Source: Narcine bancroftii (lineage: Eukaryota). From it: 64,000 nucleotides of DNA. The notes beneath the pieces were generated by a model. That model searched no databases and had not been told where the DNA came from. It saw only the letters and a list, made by a program, of their open reading frames with translations. The stretch is taken from the NCBI RefSeq assembly GCF_036971445.1, contig NC_091471.1:199392001-199456000 (forward strand). Reading direction: 5' to 3'. How positions within the stretch are numbered: the stretch's first letter is position 1; every line of letters starts with the position of its first letter. Below are positions 37,673 through 50,607 of the stretch, piece by piece. A program made the position numbers and the translations under genes.

Positions 37673-39892
37673 GTGTTAGATCTACTGTTGGCAAATGGGA
37701 TGGGTCAAGTGACGGAGGTTAGTGTTGGCGAGCACTTCGGGTCCAGTGATCATAATGCCATCAGCTTCAATGTCATTATGGAAAGAGAGAAATCAGGGCC
37801 AAGGATTGAGGTTTTTGATTGGAGAAAAGCTAGATTTGAGGAGATGCGAAAGGACTTACAGGGTGTGCATTGGGACAATTTGTTTTATGGGCAGTATGTA
37901 GTAGAGAGATGGAAGTCTTTTAAAGATCAAATTTTGAGAGTGCAAAAGCTTTATGTTCCTGTTAGGTTAAAAGGAGGGGCAAAAGGTTTGAGAGAGCCGT
38001 GGTTTTCAAGGAATATTGGAAACTTGGTTCGAAGAAAAAGGGAGGCGTACATTAGATATAAGAAGCATGGAGTTAAGGAGATGTTTGAAAGATACATTGA
38101 ATGTAAGAGGAATCTTAAGAGAGGAATTAGGAAAGCTAAAAGAAGGTACGAGAAAACTATGGCAAGCAGAGTGAAAACTAATCCAAAAGAGTTCTACAAA
38201 TATGTTAATGGTAAGAGGAAAGCTAGAGTCAAAATTGGTCCCTTAGAAAATCAGAGCGGAAAACTGTGTGTGGAACCTAGAGAAATGGGGGAGATATTGA
38301 ACAGTTTCTTTTCTTCGGTATTCACTAAGGAGAAGGATATTGGGAGATGTGAGATAAAAAAAGCAAATTGGGTAAATATGGGGAATATAGAGATTACAAA
38401 AGGTGTAGTTTTAAGGCTTTTGAAGAATATAAAGGTGGATAAGTCTCCGGGACCAGACGGGATCTTCCCCAGGACCTTGAGAGAAGTGAAGGAGGAAATA
38501 GCAGAGGCTCTGGCGGTAATTTTCCAAATGTCATTAGATATGGGGATAGTGCCGGAGGATTGGCGCATTGCGCATGTGGTTCCGTTATTTAAAAAGGGTT
38601 CAAGGAGGAAGCCTGGCAACTATCGGCCTGTAAGTTTAACGTCTGTGGTAGGTAAATTAATGGAGAAAATTCTTAGAGATAGTACTTATAAACATCTGGA
38701 TAGACAGGGTCTGATCAGGAGCACTCAACATGGATTTGTGGGAGGAAGGTCATGTTTGACCAATCTGATTGAATTTTTTGAAGAGGTGTCTAGGAATGTG
38801 GATGAGGGTAGCGCAGTGGATGTTGTCTATATGGACTTCAGTAAGGCCTTCGATAAGGTACCACATGGAAGGTTAGTTAGGAAGGTGCAGTCTTTAGGTA
38901 TAAATTTTAAGATAGTCAAATGGATTGAACATTGGCTGAAAGGGAGAGGCCAAAGGGTGGTAGTGGATAATTGTCTGTCAGGTTGGAGGCCGGTGACCAG
39001 TGGTGTGCCTCAAGGATCTGTATTGGGCCCATTGTTGTTCGTTATATACATTAATGATCTAGATGATGGGGTGGTGAATTGGATTAGTAAATATGCAGAC
39101 GATACTAAGATAGGTGGAATAGTGGATAATGAAGAAGGTTTTCAAGGATTGCAGAGGGATTTGGGCTGCTTAGAAAAGTGGGCTGAAAAATGGCAGATGG
39201 AATTTAATGCTGATAAGTGTGAGGTGCTTCATTTTGGTAAGAAGAATCAGAATAGGACATACGTGGTAAATGGGAGAGCACTGAGGAATACAGAAGAGCA
39301 GAAAGATTTAGGAGTAACGGTACATCGTTCCCTGAAGGTAGAAACTCACGTGAATAGGGTGGTGAAGAAGGCTTTTAGTATGCTGGCCTTTATCAATCAT
39401 TGCATGGAATATAGGAGTTGGGAGGTGATGTTGAGATTGTATAAGACGTTGGTGCGGCCTAATTTGGAGTTCTGTGTGCAGTTCTGGTCGCCTAATTCCT
39501 ATAGGAAGGATATAAACAGAGTGGAGAGAGTGCAGAGAAGGTTTACCAGAATGTTGCCTGGGTTTAAGCATCTGGAGTATGGGGAGAGATTGGACAGATT
39601 GGGCCTTTATTCTTTGGAGCGTAGAAGGTTGAGAGGGGATTTGATAGAAGTATTTAAGATTATGAAAGGGATAGACAGAATGGATGTGGATAGACTATTT
39701 CCGTTAAGAGGAGGAAAGATTAAAACAAGAGGACATGAGTTAAGAATTAAGGGGCAGAGGTTTAGGGGTAACATGAGGGGGAACTTCTTTACTCAGAGAG
39801 TGGTAGCCGTGTGGAATGATCTTCCGGGAGAAATAGTGGCGGCGGAGTCAATTGTATTATTTAAGAAAAAGGTTGGACAGGTATATGGATGA
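37673..39892 (+). CDS. CR1 ORF2 (endonuclease end plus complete RT), 739 open codons, N-truncated
   Basis: SSDHNAI, KSPGPDG, NYRPVSLTS, QHGF, YMDFSKAFDKV, GVPQGSVLGP, YADD; probable +1 slip in an A run near the C-terminus. Confidence 0.9.
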   Translation: MLDLLLANGMGQVTEVSVGEHFGSSDHNAISFNVIMEREKSGPRIEVFDWRKARFEEMRKDLQGVHWDNLFYGQYVVERWKSFKDQILRVQKLYVPVRLKGGAKGLREPWFSRNIGNLVRRKREAYIRYKKHGVKEMFERYIECKRNLKRGIRKAKRRYEKTMASRVKTNPKEFYKYVNGKRKARVKIGPLENQSGKLCVEPREMGEILNSFFSSVFTKEKDIGRCEIKKANWVNMGNIEITKGVVLRLLKNIKVDKSPGPDGIFPRTLREVKEEIAEALAVIFQMSLDMGIVPEDWRIAHVVPLFKKGSRRKPGNYRPVSLTSVVGKLMEKILRDSTYKHLDRQGLIRSTQHGFVGGRSCLTNLIEFFEEVSRNVDEGSAVDVVYMDFSKAFDKVPHGRLVRKVQSLGINFKIVKWIEHWLKGRGQRVVVDNCLSGWRPVTSGVPQGSVLGPLLFVIYINDLDDGVVNWISKYADDTKIGGIVDNEEGFQGLQRDLGCLEKWAEKWQMEFNADKCEVLHFGKKNQNRTYVVNGRALRNTEEQKDLGVTVHRSLKVETHVNRVVKKAFSMLAFINHCMEYRSWEVMLRLYKTLVRPNLEFCVQFWSPNSYRKDINRVERVQRRFTRMLPGFKHLEYGERLDRLGLYSLERRRLRGDLIEVFKIMKGIDRMDVDRLFPLRGGKIKTRGHELRIKGQRFRGNMRGNFFTQRVVAVWNDLPGEIVAAESIVLFKKKVGQVYG

Positions 39893-40016
39893 GAAGAAGA
39901 TGGAGGGTTATGGGCATTGTGCAGGGAGGTGGGACTAGAAAGGGGTGTTTGGTTCGGTGCGGACTAGAAGGGCCTAATGGCCTGTTTCAGTGCTGTAATT
40001 GTTATGTTATGTTATT
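37673..40016 (+). mobile_element. Young 5'-truncated CR1/HER1 LINE
   Basis: Long uninterrupted ORF2; tail (gttat)n. Confidence 0.96.
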
Positions 40017-41529
40017 TCCCTCTGCATGGAAATCCCCTCCATCCAGAAACCTCCTACCCCAATCCTTTTATTAAAATATTCACCACTAAGGTCATGGCAC
40101 TTCTGTGTGGACCAGTAGAAATACATGGGGGAAGGCCACTAGGCAATTGAATGGGTTGGAATTAGCAATACAATTGAACTGAACCAATTTGTTTAGACTT
40201 CTGGATAAGATGGCCTTGAGGGTCACTTTTTAGCAAAGATGTAAAGCCATTTGAACACGTCACACAGTGAGAGTGGTGTGAGCCCACATCATCACATCTC
40301 AAAGGCCTTCAAAAAGGCAGTGCACAGAGACTGCAGAATGCATGGTGAACATGCAACAAGATTTAATAATATATCACGAGATTCTCCTTGCGCCTCAGTT
40401 ATTACTGTAGTTTTCAGTTTGGGTTTGTGTATCAGGGTGCACTGGGGCTTTGGTGGGAAGGGTAGGTCCCACATTTTCAGTGCCATTCCACTCCACTGGC
40501 CCATCCAATCTATGTTTTTGGTTACACTAGAATTTCTAGGCTGCAGCTTTTTCAAACAACCTTACAAACCATGAAACATTTTGTCTACATTTTTTTTCAT
40601 CATTTGATAATGCTTTGTATTGATGATGACTTCTGAATAAGGAAAACCTGCTACTATTCCAGACTTATTCATGAACAGGACATTTGTCCAGCTATTCTCC
40701 ATGCCGTGATCTTGCAAACAACTCTAATTCCAAAGAGTTAAATGTCCAACCCTAAATGCAATGTCATTCTGCCACCTTCATTTCCTTGTTAATTAATGAG
40801 TACATCAAGAAAACCTACCTTAAAATCATGTTTGCTAGGTCAGACCTGATATCATCGTCATCAAGTATAATTATTCTAATATACGCCCGTCTCCAGTATG
40901 ACAATGCATTCTGCCATTTTTGACAGTCTTTATTAAATATTTGAAATAGTTCATATCAATTCAATTGCATAATCAGCACCATTTTCTTTCATCAGTCTCT
41001 CAAAACTAATTGCATTTTTTCGTAGAACCTGACTGATCAAACTCGAATGTCTTAAACATTTAAATGTAGACTGCTAAATTTCAATACTGCAGTTAGGCAC
41101 GACACTACATCAACTGCTTGTGCCAAATTAACATGACTTATTTTACCATGGTGCGTATTTTACCTCATGGTAATCACCCCACAGTTAACCTTCCTGAATG
41201 TAAATCTCACTATTGCAGAGCTTACCTTAATACAAGTGTCTGTGCAATAGTAGATTTTATTAAATCTTACAGTATATCTTGTCTCTGTTGGTTGATCATA
41301 ATGTATCTTTGCAAGCAAGATGTTATAGTTGTTCCTGTGGTGAACTTTGACAACATATCTGCATTATTTCCAATCCGCCAGATTCAATTCTGGGATTATC
41401 TGTTACTTTTTTTAAAAAATAAATGTTTAATCAACCTGAAGTACAAAACAAACAAAATCACAGAAACATCAGAGATATATAAAATACCAAAATCAAACTA
41501 TAGGTTGATATACAAAGAAGAATCAACAC

Positions 41530-42541
41530 TGTTACAGATTATAGATATGTTTTTGGTAGATAAATTGGGGCAGGTTTTTTGGTGTAGGTTACATACAAAC
41601 ACTTTAAAACAAATCTTATTTATAACACTGGATCTCTGCTCATGCTAGACATTCCAGCTCCAAGAGCCTTTGCAATAGCTTTGGAGAGTGCCAAAGAGAC
41701 TTCACTAATGGATTGTTGTTTACAAAAAGGCAACAGATGAAAGAACTCATCAGAGCCGCAGCCTGTCTGGAGTGGAACTTGCTGTTCTAAGAGGGTCATG
41801 TGGTTTTGCAAGCAGAGAGGAAAAAAAGTTTTTTTTCCTCAGAGGGAGAGAGGGAGAATTCAGTTCTTCAGTTCTACAGTCAGCAGCTGGGACTGAAACA
41901 GGACAAACTGGAAAGCTTGTGGAAAAATCTCATTTGGAAGATAGGTTATGAGTGCTTAGTTCACCCTGGTCAAAGCCCTTGTGGTTCATGCAAAGGAGAG
42001 AACTGGCTGCCAAATGTTTCACTTGAAATAAGAAAAACAAAAATGAACTCTGCGGTGACCTGAAAGAAAGAGGATATCATCTGGAAAACCCTGAAGGGGC
42101 AAGTTTCTTTGGCAAGACACTGAAGTGGCTGGTTACGAGAAATCAGTTGTGGGTGTCCAGTGAACAACAAATATCTCTCTGAAAACTAACAAGAACCCTC
42201 CTGAGTGACAACTATTTACCTTTCAAGCACCAAAGCCTGGTGAACTTCATAAATCTTAAATTCTGTACACAGTATAATTGCCTGCAACCAATGAACTTGG
42301 AGGATGGAGAAGTGAGATTGGACTGTGAATCAAAGAACTTTTCTAAAATTACATACACATTACATGCATATACACTTAGAATTAGAAGGGGGTTAAATTA
42401 GGTTAGTTATGTTAAAAGTAATAATTTAAAGTTTGATCCTGCTGTCATGTTTAAAGATAATTAAAAGCAACTTTTAAGTAACCATTTGTCTTGGTGAATA
42501 TCTATTGCTGCTGGATTTTGGGGTCCTCTGAGCTCGTAACA
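41530..42541 (+). mobile_element. Solo LTR
   Basis: TGTTACA...GTAACA termini; 4-bp TSD acac at 41526-41529 and 42542-42545; ATTAAA near 42460. Confidence 0.88.
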
Positions 42542-42609
42542 ACACCTTATCAAATTCTGCACTACTATTTATAAGTATAAACTCCCCTGGTAGTGACAGC
42601 AGTGCACCG

Positions 42610-44107
42610 TAGACAGGTTCCATGGTTGAAGCCTGGAGATCTTCTTTCGGAACCATTCAAAAGCCAAGCAGGACTCACGCCAGCTCGCCTGTCCAGTTGG
42701 GTCCTTTTAGTTGCACCATGAGAGCTGCCTTCTGGTATCGGTGGAAATGTTCTACATTAGAACATTTGGGGATGATAGGCCATGGGGTGGTTGAGCTTGA
42801 GTACTAATTTCTGGGCGTGCAGACGGTTGCTATCCTCAGGCTGTGTGCACTGGATGGCTCGAGTTGGAGGGTCTGGAAGGTACAGGCATTAACGAGCCTC
42901 TTGCCCTTCAGGTCGACCAGCAGGCTGTGTGCTTTGAGGAAGTCAGCTCTTAACAGCGCAATTCTCATGGTGGCCAGTAGGAACTTCCAGCAGTATTTAT
43001 CCTGCCCAAGATGTACCTGAATAGTCTGTGTGCCGAAGGTCTTTACATCGGTGCCATTCGCTGCCCGCAGGGTGGGGCCTCGTGCTCTCCTGCAGGATTC
43101 AGAGGTGGTCGGGAGCAGCACGCTCAACTCTGCTCTGATGTCCACCAGGAAACGCCATCCATTGGTCTTGTCCACCACGTGTAAGAGGCTGTTTGTGTGG
43201 CCAGCCATCATGGCTATCAGCAGCAGTCGGCCTTCACTGGTACGAGCAGGGTTGGCGGCACTTGCAGGCTTGGGCTCCCCAACATTGGTGGTAGAAACAC
43301 CAGGTAGATTGATGCTCCTCCGTCCTCTGTCTGGGGGTGAGCTTTGGTCGGCTGGGTCCAGGGCAGATGACCTGGTTCATAGCAGCCTCATTCTCTCATT
43401 TAGTTTGCCACAACACATCAGCTCAGGCTGAGACCTTCCAGGGGTCCGAGAAGTCTTTGAATGTCTGGATGTTCTCCAGCATTTGTTCAAGGAAGGTTTG
43501 CTCAAACATCAGGCAGCATTTGTGACCTTCTGCCAGTGCGAGCATTTCATCCATTAAGGTAGATGGGACTCTGGACCCAGGCCATCGAGGTGCATCAGCC
43601 TGGCCGTGTGCAGCCAACAGGAGAGACCGAAGGTGCCGAGAAGGAGGGCTTTGAGGACGATGTACTTGGATCAGCTTGTCCACTCTGACTGCAGTTTCTT
43701 CATTGATGGCGCTCACCATATGTTAGAACATGGTGGAGTCCAAGGTGATCTATCTAAGATGAAACTGCGCCTCTGCCTGCCCGAACCACGTGCGAGGCCA
43801 ATGGGTCCGGGGGGGGTGGAGTTTCACAGTGACAGAGCTGATCGCCAATGAATCCATGCTTTGAGACACGGCTGGGCTCTGCAGAGTCACCAACACAGGA
43901 ACACACCACTGAACTTGGTGGGGGTTTCAGTTGAAATGTTTATTTGAATTTCACGTGAGCATCCCTTTAAGGCCAATGGGAGTTCCACCATACGCAGCAG
44001 TGATGTCATCACATTGCCTTGGGAACGAGCTGTGGCCTAAGCATCAAGGCAATGAGCAAGCCTTTCCGCGCCATCTTCTGTAGCTGCCCCGCCAGTGTGG
44101 CAGTACA
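42610..44107 (-). mobile_element. Decayed Gypsy remnant (LTR about 43893-44107, gag and protease)
   Basis: FLVDIRAELSVL (degenerate DTGA protease), LRAANGT, PSTLMDEMLALA gag; tggtgac PBS-like motif after the LTR. Confidence 0.85.
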
Positions 44108-45740
44108 AATAGGGTCTGTTCGCTCAGAGATGTGCGTCGCCATAATATAAAATTTTCTGCTGTCTTCTCACCAACTGTACGTCGTTCCAATTTTACCCAA
44201 GATGACTTTTCTGCTCTGTCAAAGAGGGAGGCAATAAACTTCATTTAGGTTGCCCAATAATTTTTTTTTCAAGTCTGGGAGCTTTAATCCTCCCAGTTAA
44301 TAATCCCAGGTTAATATATCGATAGAGACTCTGGGAAACTTACCCTTCACAGAAACTTTCTAATATAATTATTTAAATTCTGAAAGAATTGTTGTGGTAC
44401 GAAAGCAGGTAGACTTTGGAAAATATATTTTAATTTAGGTAATATATTTATTTTTTATGCAATTAACCTTTCCAATCAATGTAATTCGAAGAGTTATCCA
44501 TTACTTTAAATTATCCTCAATTTATTGAAGGAAAGATAATTCAATTTATATAAATTCTATAAGTTATCTCTTTTAATACCTAAATATTTTATCCCATTAA
44601 GCAGCCACTTAAATTGAGAATTTTAGCGACTTGCCCAAACAGGCAAACCGGCTCACGAAGATCCGACTGTAAGAGCTCCGAGTGTGAAGCAAGCCCACAG
44701 CCTGGCAGCTGATGTCGATTCTGCTCCACGGGTCGCAGGGGTTTCTGGGTGAGAGTACTTAATCGCGTGTTTTTTTTTGAATCAGTGAAGTTGTTGGTTC
44801 AACTCACTTTCAACTCTGCGTGGCCTTTTGCTCAGAATCTCTTTTAACATGATCATAATACCCAACCATAAATGGCACAACTTTGCTTTTATCCCAATTA
44901 ACTTTATAGCCTGAGTAAGTCCAAAAGAATTGCAATTTACAATGCAATTTTTGTAATGAACTGGCTGAGTCTGTCAAATATATCAGAACATCGTCAGCAA
45001 AAAAATGATTTTATATTCTTCCTGGTTAACGCTGAAGTATTTTATGTCTGGATCTTGGCGGATAGATTCCACTATTGCTCAGTAGCCAGGACAAAAAGGG
45101 TTGGAGATAATGGACAACCTTGTCTACTAGATCTGGACAATAGGAACACTGATGAGATTTGACCATTAGTGATTATTTTCACTTTAGGCTCTATTATAAG
45201 CTTTAATGCAATTAATAAATAATACTCCTCGTCCATATTTTCCCAAAATTTTAATAGTCCCATTCCAATCTGTCAAAAGCTTTCTCTGCATCTAGGGCCA
45301 AAATGATACTCAATCCATCCCTTGTTTGTCCCAGATGAATAATACAGAGCAGTCTGCTAACAGTGTCCGCAGACTGCCTCTTCTGTACAAAATCTGTCTG
45401 ATCTACAATTATTAATTTAGGCAAATATACTGCCAATCTATCTGCCAGAGCTTTAGCAATGATCTTATTACTGTACTCATTATTGATATGTGCCTATAAG
45501 ATGATGGTTTCAATGGGTTCTTATCTTTTTTGGGAATCACTGTAATAATTGCTCTAAGAAGGACTCTAGGAGAGTACAAGTTGCCACTGCTTGATCCAGT
45601 ACCTCCATAAATAGAAGTATCAATAAATCTTTAAATTCTTTATAAAATTTGGGTGGAAACCCATCTTCTCCTGGGGATTTATTAACTTACAAGGATAACA
45701 ATGCTTCCCCTATCTCATCTGGATTTTCTGTGACTTTAAT
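44108..45740 (-). mobile_element. L1-clade LINE RT fragment, decayed
   Basis: LDAEKAFDRLEW, SRQGCPLSPTLF and KSPGEDGF motifs across frames; A-rich 3' piece at about 41405-41529. Confidence 0.88.
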
Positions 45741-46029
45741 CACCTCCATTTCATTGCTCCTTGAAAATCTACTGCACATCTAACTGGCTTCCCATCTTCT
45801 TCTCACTGCAAATTGAACTCACTCAATTAATCCAATAAACATGGAGGTCTGAGGCAATCATAATTCACTGAAGCTGGAAAAAGGTCCTATTTGTGGCGTT
45901 AGGTTATACTACACCAGGAAAATGAATTGTAAGTATGCATCTCACCAACCATTTTAATGACCATGGAAGAATTAGGTTTAGGGTAAAGTTGTGTATATGT
46001 ACATACACAAGACCAACTCTTCAAGGACA

Positions 46030-46348
46030 TTTTTAAGCAGCTTTCATTATCAAGGACACTCACCATCCAGGCCATGTCCTTTTCTCACTACTACCATCAG
46101 GAAGGATGTACAGGAGCCTGAAGACACACACACATTACAAAAACAACTTCTTCCCCTCCACCATCAGATTTCTGAATGGCAAATAACTTATAGATGCTAC
46201 ATCACTGTTTTCCCTTCCCCCCCCTCCCGCATTAATCATTTATTATTAAATACTGCATTTAAGGAACCTTGAGTCATAATATTTTTTGCACCTGGTGTGC
46301 CAGATCAATTTTCATGACACATGTTCATGCCAATAAATCTAATTCTAA
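46030..46348 (+). mobile_element. Rex1/Babar 3' fragment
   Basis: aggacactcaccatccagg..ctaccatcaggaagg..tacaggagcctg; aataaa tail. Confidence 0.75.
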
Positions 46349-46484
46349 ACTCTACTGACAAGCATCATATCCAAAGGAATATTGAAATGGGCCAGTTGGG
46401 AGAGGAGGATGATGGGGGTGAAACAACACTCAGGGCACTCACAGATCACTGGGACAGTGCTCCATTTGAAATGCAAAACCTCTT

Positions 46485-46725
46485 GGGCAGCATGGTTAGT
46501 ATAGTATTTAGCGCAATGCTATTACAGTGCCAGCAACCCAGATTCGAATTCGGTGCCGTCTGCAAGGAATTTGTGTGTTTTCCCAGTGTAAGGGTTTTCT
46601 CTGAGTACTCTGGTTTCCTCCCACCTTTCAAAATGTATGGGAGTTGTAGATTAATTAGTGTATTTTGGTAGCATGGGCACATGGACTGGAAGGGCTTTAT
46701 TACTGTGCTGTGTGTCTAAATTTAA
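46485..46725 (+). mobile_element. HE1-type V-SINE
   Basis: gggcagcatggttag..gcgcaatgctattacag..ggtttcctcccacc. Confidence 0.88.
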
Positions 46726-47074
46726 AAGTCATAATTTCTAGTGATTTATTTCTGAAGATTGAGGTTAACATAAAAAGATGAATTTAAGGAAAAAATGTGG
46801 AACTAAACCCTATGCATTATTTTTAAATATTAAAAATATTTTAAAAATGTATCATCTGAGATCATCCAACAAACTTCCACGACCCTCTCTCAGTCAGCAC
46901 GACCACGAATTTGGCTATTCAATTTCTTCTGGTCTCCATCCTACCAAAAGCATTCCCTTTCCTTCTCTCCCTCTCTTCAACACAATTAAAGCCAAGTTTA
47001 TTGTCATCTGATTGCACAAGTATGTCATGAACAGAAATACAGAGGCTACACTATAAGATGCAAACCTTGACAAT

Positions 47075-47790
47075 GGTGGTATGCTTTGGATCTTGAGCAG
47101 TTTGTTTATGCCTCCACACTTTGCTCTTGCCATCACTCTGATGCAGTTTATCTTGATATCATCTGTCCACAAGATCTTTTTGCAGAATGCTGCAGGCTCT
47201 TAAATATTTCTTGGCAAACTATAATCTGGTCATCCTTTCTGTGGGCATCTTCTAATGTATCCTCTATACTTCCCTTCATAAAGTCTTCTGCAGACAGCAA
47301 TGAACATATTTACATATGCCTCCATAAGATTGTTTCTGATCTGTCAGGCTTGTTTGGGGATTTATCTTCATTTTGATGACAATTCCTTTGTCATCCATAG
47401 TGGAAGTTTTCCTTGGAATACCAGTCCCTTTGCAATTACTGAGTTCACCAGGATGCTTTTTCTTCTTAATAGTATCCACACTGTTAATTTTGGTAATCCT
47501 AAGGTTTGGGCAATATCTTTTACTGTTTTATTCTGGTTTTTTTCAGCCTCATAATGGCTTATTTGACTTTCATTGGCACAACTACAGATCCAAAGGTGAT
47601 CAAAAGCTTTGAAGCAGACCTAGCTCTCCTATCTGCACCAAAGAAGCAATTGAACATATCTGTGCACTCACAAACACAATGTCCCAAACATGGTGGAGCC
47701 CTGAAATGAGGGGATGATGCATTTTTTTTTTAAATGCTGTAATTTCTACATGGTCAACCCAAAATGCATACAAATAACCTTGAATAGAGA
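47075..47790 (-). mobile_element. Tc1-like DNA transposon fragment (transposase HTH N-terminus)
   Basis: AIMRLK..KTVKDIAQTLGLPK.TVW...GELSNCKGTG.PRKTS across frameshifts; flanked by Rex1 pieces. Confidence 0.8.
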
Positions 47791-48128
47791 GAGCATGAAA
47801 TAAATAAACATTTTTTCAAGAATACAAGTCTTGCATGGTTAGTGGTTGCCGTTCCTTTATTTGTTCACCATTCTCACTGCCCAAGAGAAAAAGCTGTTCC
47901 TCAGCCTGGTGGTGCGGGATCTGATAGTCCTGTATCTCTTTCCAGATGGGAACAGCTGAAAGATGCTGTAAACACCATTCTCTTCTCTGTAACATAAATA
48001 TCAAAGTTTACCTTGCTCAGCTGAAAGATCATTGAAAATTTAATGTTACTTTTCTCTCCACACATGACTGACCAGCTGAGAAATTTCAACACTTTTTTAA
48101 AAATTTGCTTTAAGATCTATCATCTTAA

Positions 48129-48385
48129 AGGGTGGCTTGGTTAGTGTAGTGGTTAGTGCAATGCTGTAACAGCACCAGTGTTGGGGACCATGTTTTGAAT
48201 CCCACGTAGTCTATACGGAGTTTGTACATTCTTCCTGTGTCTGCGTAGGTTTACTCCAGGTGTTATGGTTTCCGCCCATCATTCAAAAAACTTACTGGGG
48301 GTGTAGGTCATTTGGGTGTAATTGGGCAGAACTGGCTCATGGGCTGAAAGGGCCTATTCCTGTTCTGTATGTCTAAAATTTAAAA
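48129..48385 (+). mobile_element. HE1-type V-SINE
   Basis: gggtggcttggttagtgtagtggttagtgcaatgctg...gggcctattcc. Confidence 0.88.
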
Positions 48386-50607
48386 TCTCATCATTTTTGG
48401 CCTTCATTTCACCAACTCAGAACCATTGCTGTCCTCATTCTCCACCCTCTACATAACTTTATTCATATCAAGAAGGTGCATCTTGTTGCCTTGGATCGTC
48501 CCTGAATTGAGTACAAGGCTAGGTTTGAACAATCCATGCCCATGAAAATCCCCAGAAAATCATTGACAGATGGCAATGCCAATCCTTCGCTTTGTTGGCT
48601 GTCAAAATGGTCATGTTAAATTTAATAAGCCATCTTTTTTTAAGAGACTAAAAATTAAAATCTCAAAACATTTCAATTAAATCACCAATAATTTAATTCT
48701 GTTTCCATTAAAGACACTATTATGTTATTTGCAATGGCTCATCAATCCAGCAGTTTGTCTTTGGAATAAGAGAGGAAACTCAGAGAAAACATGCAGACTC
48801 CGCACTGGCAGTATCTGAGGTCATAATTAAATGTGCATTTCTGTAGCTGAGAAATTGCAACACCAATTATGCTACCATATCACAGTCCTATAATTCTCTT
48901 TGAAATAATTGTTCCATATGCCAATATTAGAGCACAAGAATGAATCCTTAACAAATGTCTTTTGTTGGAGTCCACAGATAATCTAATTGCAGAGTGAAGA
49001 TGGGCACTGGTTTAATTCTCACAACAAACCGAGAGCCTTTGCATTTTTGTGAGAATCGTGAAGCTGAACGCATTTGATAATTGCTAGATGCTAAGTGTGA
49101 TACTGGCTGCATACACTATGCAACGAGTTCTCAAATTATCTTTAGAAGCTATTTTAGTGTCAGTAGTTTACTTCAACTATACAGAGCAAAGCACAGTCTC
49201 CTGAAAGAAGGTCAAGCAGCATCAGTGGGAGAAAAAAATTGTTAACCTTTCATGCCAAAACCTTTCCCCACTCAAATATACTTTGATGCATGTCTTCTCG
49301 GTCCTTTGAAGATGAGTTTTATGAACAAATCATTTCCCTCAGATCATCTTAATACTCAATTGTTGTTTTCGCTAATATTTATTACACCAAGTACAAATCA
49401 TGGATCGACTGATCAAGATGGATACTGTTGCAGACATAGATTCTCTATATCATGCATTTAGTTTTTACCATCTGCTCTCGTAGATGTTTGCATCAATATC
49501 GAGAAGTTGCTGTCTTACGAAGATTCTGCTTTTGATGATGCAGCTCTCATCTTGCTGAACTCCTCTGCTTGAACAAGTCTACATTAAATCTTAAAGATCT
49601 CCTTGGATTAGGTTCCATCAGCATGCCAAAATGAATTCCAGGTCCACATTCCCTACTGCTTCAGTTTCCCAGAATGTGCAGTTCTTCTTTTGATAAGAAT
49701 GTCTCTTCTCAGTGTATTGTGCTATTTCACTTGTACTTTATTTAAAATGCTTTCTTTTGCATCACATGCATGAAACATCCGACTAAGCTTACCATCTCCT
49801 GGACTCACAATTAGGTGCAAAAGTTCATTGCACCTTGATGACAATTCTCCTTGGCCTCTATGGCTGTCAGAGCACTGGCACTATCTGGTAGTCATACCAG
49901 GTAACATACAATTGACTTTGAACATGTATAGAATAGAATGCTTTTTACATCATGACAAAATTCTGAGACCTTTATACTAACACCTGCCAAAATTCCTAAG
50001 GAGATCTTGTATAACATCTCACGCCATGGTGACCATTCAAAGATTTATGAACATGCAAGCCCAAGGTCCATTTAAAAAAAATCACATGATGATATTTACC
50101 TTGCCTCTCTCCATTCTTACCCACAAAATGAATTACATCTGTCAGTTCTCCTGAAATTTGTTGCAATGCTTCATGTTGGTAATTATTTTTTTGGTGTACC
50201 ATGCCATTTGGAAACTTTGAAATAATGATCTGCATACCTCAGTTCAAGTCATTAATAGACATCAAAATTTGTTGCAACTCAAATCCCAAGTTGCTGAGAA
50301 TTTCACTGTACAATCTCACCAGCCTCAAAATACTTTTCCTGTTACCCTTCCTTTCTTTTAGCACTGACCCTATAATCCATGTTGCTTTTCTCAACGGGGG
50401 CCCTACAACCCACTGGGTGTGGGGGGGGGGGGCACAGCACTTTTAAGTAAAAGCCTTGTTTTCTTTTTACCTCTTGTAACAAATATTAGTTTTATGTAGT
50501 TAGTAGGAGAGAAGTACAAAAGAAACCAAAGCTTGATTGTTTCATTGGGAAGGGGACCCATAAAACTTGCTCGGGGGGGGGGGGGGGGGGATATTGCCAA
50601 AAGAAGG

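Noticed and set aside
41118-41648. 176-aa plus-strand ORF as a gene
   Set aside because: It runs across unique DNA, an L1 tail and an LTR start, with no recognisable domain.
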